Shown piece after piece: positions 18,432 to 24,840 of a DNA stretch of 24,840 nucleotides (its first letter is position 1; the number at the start of each line of letters is the position of its first letter). The position numbers were made by a program, and so were the translations under genes. The notes under the pieces were generated by a model. The model was not told the origin of the DNA and made no database searches. It saw only the letters and a program-made list of their open reading frames with translations. Source of the stretch: Dehalococcoidia bacterium (lineage in GTDB: Bacteria > Chloroflexota > Dehalococcoidia > GIF9 > UBA5629); contig JAQTLG010000001.1 of the NCBI GenBank assembly GCA_028715025.1, positions 1-24,840 on the forward strand. The letters are read 5' to 3'.

Positions 18432-20108
18432 ATGGCGCACCACAACGAAAAAATAGACAGCCACCGCGTATCCACCAGCGACGACATCGAAGTCTCTACT
18501 TACCTTGAGATAGCCCGCGAATTACATGGAGAGCAGGCTGCGCCCAAGCCGGAGGAAGCGCCCCACGGCATCAAAGAAGCGGTGGCCATCATCGATTTCG
18601 GATCGCAATACAGCCACCTCATCGCCCGCCGCGTGCGCGAATGCAATGTTTACTGCGAGCTCTTCCCTTATGACACGCCCCTTAAAAAGATCATGGCCCT
18701 TCAACCCAAGGGATTCATTCTCTCGGGAGGGCCTGCCAGCGTCTACGATCAGGGAGCCCCGCTGACCCCGGTGGGCATCTATGAAAGCCGCCTTCCCGTG
18801 CTGGGCATCTGCTACGGCATGCAGGCCATAACACATCAGCTCGGCGGAGCGGTTGCGCCGGGAGTGCGGCGGGAATACGGCCAGGCGATCCTGCACGTCA
18901 GCGACGAAAGCTCCCAGCTCTTCAGCGGCCTGGCTGATTCGTTGACCGTATGGATGAGCCATGGCGACCAGGTAATGGATATGCCGCCGGGATTTAAGTC
19001 TGTGGCTTACACCGAGAACTCGCCGAATGCCGTCATCAGCAGCGGAGATAAGATTTTCGGCCTGCAGTTCCACCCGGAGGTGGCGCACACACCCGAAGGC
19101 AAGAACATCCTAAAAAATTTCCTTTACAGGGTATGCGGATGCCATGGGACGTGGACGCCCGGCAATTTTATCAGTGAAAGCATCGCGGCCATCAAGGAAC
19201 AGGTGAAGGACGGGCGCGTGATCTGCGCGCTATCAGGAGGGGTTGATTCGGCGGTAGCCGCCAAGCTGGTACACGCTGCCATCGGCGACCAGCTAACCTG
19301 CATTTTTGTAAACAACGGGCTGCTGCGCCGCGAGGAGCCGGAGCGCGCCCTGGAAACCTTCCGTAAGAACCTGCATATGAACGTGGTTTACGTGGACGCC
19401 ACCGACCTGTTCCTGGATCAGCTTAAGGAAGTCATTGACCCCGAATTGAAAAGGAAGCGCATCGGCCAGGAATTTATCAAGGTTTTTGAAAAGGAGGCCA
19501 CCAAGCTGGGCAGGATAGATTTCTTGGCGCAGGGTACGCTGTATCCCGATGTGATTGAGAGCGCCACGCCGGAAACCAAGGCAGCGGCCAAGATCAAGAC
19601 GCACCATAATGTAGGCGGGTTGCCTGCCAAAATGGCGCTTACGCTGATAGAGCCGCTGCGCTACCTGTTTAAGGATGAGGTGCGCGAGGTGGGCTTACAG
19701 CTCGGCTTACCGGAGGATATGGTGTGGCGGCAGCCCTTCCCCGGACCGGGACTTGCCATCCGCATCATCGGTGAAGTTACCCGGGAGAGGCTCGAGATAT
19801 TGAGGGGCGCCGACTGGATCGTAATGGACGAGATCAAGAAAGCCAAGCTTTACAGGCAGATGTGGCAGACCTTCGCCATACTGACGGACGTGCGCAGTGT
19901 GGGTGTGATGGGTGATTTTCGCACTTACGGCTACCTGGTGGCCGTCAGGGCGGTAACCAGCCAGGACGCCATGACCGCCGACTGGGCGCGGCTGCCGTAT
20001 AACCTCCTTGCTACTGTCTCGAACCGGATTGTCAACGAGGTGCCCGGCGTGAACCGGGTGGTCTACGATATCACCAGCAAGCCCCCTTCCACCATCGAGT
20101 GGGAATAG
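18432..20108 (+). CDS. guaA: GMP synthase (glutamine-hydrolysing) with N-terminal extension
   Basis: [78 protein letters not shown]. Confidence 0.98.
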   Translation: MAHHNEKIDSHRVSTSDDIEVSTYLEIARELHGEQAAPKPEEAPHGIKEAVAIIDFGSQYSHLIARRVRECNVYCELFPYDTPLKKIMALQPKGFILSGGPASVYDQGAPLTPVGIYESRLPVLGICYGMQAITHQLGGAVAPGVRREYGQAILHVSDESSQLFSGLADSLTVWMSHGDQVMDMPPGFKSVAYTENSPNAVISSGDKIFGLQFHPEVAHTPEGKNILKNFLYRVCGCHGTWTPGNFISESIAAIKEQVKDGRVICALSGGVDSAVAAKLVHAAIGDQLTCIFVNNGLLRREEPERALETFRKNLHMNVVYVDATDLFLDQLKEVIDPELKRKRIGQEFIKVFEKEATKLGRIDFLAQGTLYPDVIESATPETKAAAKIKTHHNVGGLPAKMALTLIEPLRYLFKDEVREVGLQLGLPEDMVWRQPFPGPGLAIRIIGEVTRERLEILRGADWIVMDEIKKAKLYRQMWQTFAILTDVRSVGVMGDFRTYGYLVAVRAVTSQDAMTADWARLPYNLLATVSNRIVNEVPGVNRVVYDITSKPPSTIEWE

Positions 20109-20253
20109 AGGCATCGATGAAACGGCAAGAGTGACGCGATTCACGAGCTCTTTACCGGGCTGCCAGCAATGATCTAAACTATAGCATACCGCACACCTGC
20201 TACCGGGATTTGCTTACTGCGGAATACGTTCTGAACAGGAGGTTGGAAGTTAA

Positions 20254-21459
20254 ATGAAGAGGTATGGAACTTTTGTTGCCGAAGAGAGCAAAATGCTCTT
20301 GCAGAGCGTCAGGGATTTTGTGGACAGGGAGATCATGCCGGTCAGGATCAAGCTGGATGAGAGCCGTGAGGCATGTGAGGAGATTATGCGCAAGCTGGCC
20401 GCCATGGGCATGCAGAAATACGGCCTGTCCCCTAAATATGGCGGCCTCCCGATCGGCTCGATAGTGGAATACTGTGCTGTATGTGAGGAGATCGCGAGGG
20501 GCGACAGCGGTGTCGCTACGGAGATAACCTGCCCGGAATGGCTGTTTGGTCCGGCCATGCGCGCCCGCAACAAGGTGGTCATGGAGAAGCTGATGGTGCC
20601 TTTTTGCTCTGAAGAAAGGCACGTGGCCTGCTTTGCTTTGACGGAGCCGGAGGGCGGTTGCAATGGTGAGGACGGCACTCAACGCGGTAAGACGTTGCGG
20701 ACGATAGCCAAGCGTGACGGCGATGAATGGGTCATTAATGGAGGCAAGCGCTGGCCCGGCGGCGCCAGCATAGCGGAGGTTTATGGCGTGCTGTGTACGA
20801 CCGACCCCTCTCTGGGAGAAGAGGGTGTAGCGATGATATACGTTCCCAACGGTGTGCCCGGACTTACCTTCGGCAAACCTGAGAACAAGATGGGCATGAG
20901 GTACAGCGATGTTAACGCCGATATTTATTTCGATAATGTGCGTGTGCCTGTGCAATACCGTTGCTCTGGCCCGGGCGATGATTGGAAGCTTTTCCGCGCT
21001 GCATTATCCTTTGGGCGTCTGAGCTCTGCAGCCTTTGCGACGGGCCAGGCCCAGACCGTCCTTGAGATAGTCATCAATTACACGGGCACCCGATTCTACA
21101 AGGGAAAGGCAGTGAGAGAACACACCTTGCAGGCCGCCATGATCGCCGATATGGCCATTGCCGTCGAGAGCGCCAGGTACTATTACCTGAGTGTGGCTTC
21201 CATGTTCGATGACCGGAAGCAGTTCGGCGATCCGGGGGATTCATACCTTATGGGTAAGGCTAGCGGCGCCAAGGTCTATGCCTGTGACGTGGCGGAAATG
21301 GTCTGCAACCGGGGTATGGAGCTCATGGGCGCGTACGGCTACATCAAAGAGTTCAACGTGGAAAAATACCTTCGCGATTGCAAGATCCTTCAGCTATGGG
21401 AAGGCGGCGGCCAGCTGGGCAGGATCGAAGCAGCCGCGGGCTACTACGAGATAAATTAA
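20254..21459 (+). CDS. Acyl-CoA dehydrogenase
   Basis: CFALTEPEGG, WVINGGKRW, ENKMGMR, FDNVRVP, GAYGYIKEFNVEKYLRD and catalytic Glu in LWEGG; AGGAGG SD. Confidence 0.95.
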   Translation: MKRYGTFVAEESKMLLQSVRDFVDREIMPVRIKLDESREACEEIMRKLAAMGMQKYGLSPKYGGLPIGSIVEYCAVCEEIARGDSGVATEITCPEWLFGPAMRARNKVVMEKLMVPFCSEERHVACFALTEPEGGCNGEDGTQRGKTLRTIAKRDGDEWVINGGKRWPGGASIAEVYGVLCTTDPSLGEEGVAMIYVPNGVPGLTFGKPENKMGMRYSDVNADIYFDNVRVPVQYRCSGPGDDWKLFRAALSFGRLSSAAFATGQAQTVLEIVINYTGTRFYKGKAVREHTLQAAMIADMAIAVESARYYYLSVASMFDDRKQFGDPGDSYLMGKASGAKVYACDVAEMVCNRGMELMGAYGYIKEFNVEKYLRDCKILQLWEGGGQLGRIEAAAGYYEIN

Positions 21460-21466
21460 CCAGAAA

Positions 21467-21515
21467 GGCGGCCCATCCGCAAGCGCATAATCTTCGGCTT
21501 TGCAGTCAGGCCGCC
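21467..21515. terminator. Long imperfect hairpin between convergent genes, probable terminator
   Basis: Outer GGCGGCC/GGCCGCC stem plus inner GCAAGC/GC(T)TTGC stem; followed by TTTC on the minus strand. Confidence 0.5.
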
Positions 21516-21557
21516 GTCCGTTATTCGGCGGGTAGTAAATAAGGTTTTCAGTCGCGG

Positions 21558-22607
21558 TCAGGCGCGCTCTTTCTGTATTTTATCCAGAACGGCTTCCGCT
21601 TCGGCGATGGTACGGTCGATAACTTCCTGAACGCCGGGTATATCCTTGATGCCGCCCACATTCTGGCCAGCGAACAGGATGCCCTCGTCCACGTCGCCTT
21701 TTTCAATAGCCATCAGGTGACGCCTGGTCCCGGCCGCCTGCCGGGCAAGTACCCACAGAGGATGGCCCTCTTCCTGTCCCAGCATCTGGAAGCTCATGGC
21801 AATAAATTTGCCATATGAAAGCCCCATATAATCCTTGACCTCTTTGGCGCCCTTGAAGGCCTCAATCATGGGGAAGCCGCCCTTCATCATCCTGGATGCG
21901 GCTTTAGTCTTAAGCACCCTGCCGGGCATGCCGTCGAACGCTGTGCTGTAAAGCGTGTCCTGCTCGGAGGCGCCGATGACAAGCTGCTTATAAGCATCGT
22001 GCACCATGCTTTCTTTGGTTACCGTGAACCTGGTGCCCATGGATATTCCCTCGGCGCCGAGCGCCAGGGCAGCCGCCAGGCCCCTGCCGTCATAAAAGCC
22101 GCCTGCAGCAATGAGTGGAATCTTAACCTGACTTGCAACCACCGGGATAAGAACGAGCGAAGTAGCGACGTCGCCGTGGGCAGCCGCCTCATGACCGGTG
22201 ACGACCAGGGCGTCGCAGCCCAACTGCTGGGCTTTGGCTCCATGCTTGGCTATTGCTATGGTGCCAACCACTTTGCCGCCGTAGGCGTGCACCTGGTCGA
22301 TGAACCAGGGTTTGCCCAGCGAGTAATTGATTACAGGCACCTTCTCCTGGATGGCTGCCTCGATATTGTCCTTGGCATTGGGGCCGATCAGGATCTGATT
22401 AATCCCAAACGGTTTGTCCGTTAACTCCCTGACTTCCTTTACCAGCTTACGCACTTCCTCCGGGCCACAATGCGCGGTCGCCAGTATGCCCAGCCCCCCT
22501 GCATTACAGACGGCCGAAACCAGTGGTGGTGTAGTAATCCAGTTCATGCCGGCCAGCATGATGGGGTGCTTTATACCGAATAGCTCGGTCATGCGGGTTT
22601 TAAACAT
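21558..22607 (-). CDS. NAD(P)H-dependent FMN oxidoreductase, nitronate monooxygenase family (FabK/IpdC-like enoyl-thioester reductase candidate)
   Basis: TELFGIKHPIMLAGM, VCNAGGLG, GHEAAAH, IAAGGFYDGRG, GAEGISMGTRF, AGQNVG; AGGAGG SD. Confidence 0.9.
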   Translation of the reverse strand: MFKTRMTELFGIKHPIMLAGMNWITTPPLVSAVCNAGGLGILATAHCGPEEVRKLVKEVRELTDKPFGINQILIGPNAKDNIEAAIQEKVPVINYSLGKPWFIDQVHAYGGKVVGTIAIAKHGAKAQQLGCDALVVTGHEAAAHGDVATSLVLIPVVASQVKIPLIAAGGFYDGRGLAAALALGAEGISMGTRFTVTKESMVHDAYKQLVIGASEQDTLYSTAFDGMPGRVLKTKAASRMMKGGFPMIEAFKGAKEVKDYMGLSYGKFIAMSFQMLGQEEGHPLWVLARQAAGTRRHLMAIEKGDVDEGILFAGQNVGGIKDIPGVQEVIDRTIAEAEAVLDKIQKERA

Positions 22608-22645
22608 GAAGTATCCTCCTGTATGTGGTTTCGAAAAACCTATAT

Positions 22646-22654
22646 ATTTTACCA
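22646..22654 (-). promoter_or_regulatory. Extended -10 promoter of the flavoprotein gene
   Basis: TGGTAAAAT, followed near the predicted +1 by a GGTTT-TTCG-AAACC hairpin. Confidence 0.5.
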
Positions 22655-22675
22655 GCGGGGGGCCGATTATTCTAT

Positions 22676-22704
22676 TTGCCCTTGAAATGCGATGTATATA
22701 TTAT
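22676..22704 (+). promoter_or_regulatory. rRNA promoter P1
   Basis: TTGCCC, 17 nt, TATTAT. Confidence 0.55.
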
Positions 22705-22731
22705 AGGGACGGCGCTATCCTGTGATCGATA

Positions 22732-22760
22732 TTGACAGGATTCATCCGGCAACATATACT
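22732..22760 (+). promoter_or_regulatory. rRNA promoter P2
   Basis: TTGACA, 17 nt, TATACT (near consensus). Confidence 0.85.
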
Positions 22761-22791
22761 AATAGGGCATGTTAAAAAACGATATGTACGG

Positions 22792-22820
22792 TTGATTAAA
22801 GTTTTTTATTGGTGTATACT
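22792..22820 (+). promoter_or_regulatory. rRNA promoter P3
   Basis: TTGATT, 17 nt, TATACT. Confidence 0.75.
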
Positions 22821-22823
22821 CTG

Positions 22824-22864
22824 ACGGCTTGGTGGAGTACACCAAGCCGTTTTGCTCTTTAAAA
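22824..22864 (+). promoter_or_regulatory. rRNA leader hairpin (boxB- or terminator-like) followed by the boxA antitermination element
   Basis: ACGGCTTGGTG-GAGTA-CACCAAGCCGT (11 bp), then TGCTCTTTAAAA matching boxA consensus TGCTCTTTAACA. Confidence 0.8.
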
Positions 22865-22891
22865 ACAGAATAGTGATTGATGAATAATGGT

Positions 22892-22947
22892 GTCTTGTGT
22901 TCAGTTGACGATACAGCTGGACTGAAGGCCGGAAGGTCTTGTGTTCA
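22892..22947 (+). repeat. 12-nt direct repeat in the pre-23S leader
   Basis: GTCTTGTGTTCA at 22892-22903 and 22936-22947. Confidence 0.85.
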
Positions 22948-22957
22948 TGCTGTTGTA

Positions 22958-24840
22958 GGTCAAAGATACTAAGAGCACATGGTGGATGCCTTGGCGTTAG
23001 CTGCCGAAGACGGGCGCGGCTCGACTGCGAAAAGCCCCGGTGAGATGTCCAGCAATCTTAAGCCGGGGGTTCCCTAATGGGGCAACCCACCTGGTGTAAT
23101 GCCAGGTACTCTATATGAGTGGATACCGGGTGAACTGAAACATCTTAGTAACCCGAGGAAAAGAAATCGAATGAGATTCCCGGAGTAGTGGCGAACGAAA
23201 GGGGAAGAGCCTAAACTCCGCCGGTTTAGTGGCCTTGAGGCCTATACCGACGGGGAGTTGCAAGGCGCAACTGACAGTGCTCAAGAGCTGTCGCAGAGTA
23301 AAAAACTTTTTACCTAGTCGAAGGTTCCTGGAAAGGGCAACCACAGAAGGTGAAAGTCCCGTAGATTAAAGGTAAAAAGCTCTGGTTGCGTTCTTAAGTA
23401 CCACGGGACACGGGAAATCCTGTGGGAATCTGGGGTGACCACGCTCCAAGGCTAAATACAGCGAACGACCGATAGTGAACCAGTACCGTGAGGGAAAGGT
23501 GAAAAGCACCCCGCGAGGGGAGTGAAATAGAACCTGAAACCATGTGCTTACAAGCAGTCAGAGTCTGGATTTATCCGGATGATGGCGTGCCTATTGAAGA
23601 ATGAGCCTGCGAGTTGATCTATGTGGCCTGGTTAAGTGATTTTAATTACGGAGCCGCAGCGAAAGCGAGTCTGAATAGGGCGAATTTGGTCGCATGGATC
23701 AGACACGAAACCGTGTGAGCTACCCATGGCCAGGGTGAAACCCAACTAAACTTGGGTGGAGGCCCGAACCCGTTAGCGTGGCAAAGCTTTGGGATGAGCT
23801 GTGGGTAGGGGTGAAATGCCAAACGAACTCGGAGATAGCTTGTTCTCCCCGAAATGTATTTAGGTACAGCCTCAGGTAAATAACTGACGGAGGTAGAGCA
23901 CTGAATGAGCTAGGGGCCGTGAGGTTACCAAACTCAATCAAACTTCGAATGCCGTTAGTCTTATCCTGGGAGTGAGACTGCGCGGGCTAAGCTGCGTAGT
24001 CGAGAGGGAAACAGCCCAGATCATCAGCTAAGGTCCCTAAGAGCGAGCTAAGTGGTAAAGGAAGTGATGTCGCTAAAACAGCCAGGAGGTTGGCTCAGAA
24101 GCAGCCACCCTTTAAAGAGTGCGTAACAGCTCACTGGTCGAGTGATGTCGCGCCGATAATTCAACGGGGCTCAAGTTCGCCACCGAAGCTATGAATCGCG
24201 CAAGCGATGGTAGGGGAGCGTTGTTATAGCTGTGAAGCTGTGGCGTAAGCCATGGTGGAGCAATGACAAGCGAGTATGCAGGCATAAGTAGCGTAAAGGC
24301 GTGTGAAAAACACGTCCACCGTAAATCCAAGGTTTCCTACGCAAGGTTAATCCGCGTAGGGTTAGTCGGCCCTAAGCTTAACCCGAATGGGGTAGGCGAT
24401 GGACAGCAGGTTAATACTCCTGCACTACCTGGATTTCGTTATCAGCAAAAGGGGGGACACAGTAGGATAGGTCGAGCGTGCCCATTGGACATGGCGCGTC
24501 TCCGATCTTAGGCGTGTTGAGGCAGGAAAATCCACCTTGACGTTAAGCTGAGGAGAGGGGGAAATTAAGGGGCAACCTGAGATGACCCGACTGAGTCCAC
24601 ACTGTCAAGAAAAACCTCGTTGCGAGAAATTCAGGTATCCGTACCGTAATCCGCCACTGGTAGATGGGGGTAAGTATCCCAAGGTGTTCGAGAGAACTCA
24701 CGTTAAGGAACTCGGCAAATTAACCCCGTAACTTCGGAAGAAGGGGGCCCGCGTAACAGCGGGGGCACGGAACCGTCTCAAGCGACTGTATAACATAAAC
24801 ACAGGTCTCTGCCAAAGCGAAAGCGGAGGTATAGGGGATG
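22958..24840 (+). rRNA. rrl: 23S rRNA gene (partial; reaches about E. coli position 1825), not preceded by 16S
   Basis: 5' end GGTCAAAGATACTAAGAGCACATGGTGGATGCCTTGG; GAACTGAAACATCT; CAGTACCGTGAGGGAAAGG; the GTPase-centre helices; AAGGAACTCGGCAAA. The 5' boundary is approximate. Confidence 0.98.

Noticed and set aside
23111-24511. ORFs called within the rRNA region
   Set aside because: They lie on the antisense strand of, or within, the 23S rRNA gene; typical spurious calls.
22958-24840. Intervening sequence or intron in 23S as a substrate for RtcB
   Set aside because: The usual IVS sites (helices 9, 25, 45) are short hairpins here and the overall length tracks E. coli numbering to within about 60 nt. 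The 3' third of the gene lies outside the window and was not assessed.

Overview
Mostly core chromosome of a bacterium that I infer to be Chloroflexota, class Dehalococcoidia. The inference rests on the gene order cimA-leuBDCA-ilvCNBD-rpiB-tsaC-guaA, an archease-rtcB pair and a 23S rRNA gene with no 16S in front of it; no database was consulted. From left to right the window holds: an AT-rich segment with a partial YjhP-like SAM methyltransferase at the 3' end of tRNA-Ile(GAT); a minus-strand mixed cluster tRNA-Lys(CTT), pilin, tRNA-Leu(TAG), ilvE, tRNA-Ile(GAT); divergent archease-rtcB; a thiolase; an 11-kb ilvD-ilvB-ilvN-ilvC-leuA-leuC-leuD-leuB-cimA operon; tsaC-rpiB; guaA; a convergent acyl-CoA dehydrogenase and nitronate-monooxygenase-family flavoprotein; and the 5' about 1.9 kb of a stand-alone 23S rRNA gene. 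I found no CRISPR array, transposase, integrase or phage gene, and no large unknown protein system. The most interesting signals are small and cis-acting. They are an unannotated 24-codon Leu-rich ORF coupled to the leuA stop inside the operon, ilvE bracketed by tRNA-Leu and tRNA-Ile, an IlvC with an NADH-type cofactor loop, a divergent leaderless tsaC/guaA pair around a perfect palindrome, an unusual 23S leader (three promoters, terminator-like hairpin, boxA, direct repeat) and substitutions in normally conserved 23S segments. All structures were read by eye; no folding or searches were run.
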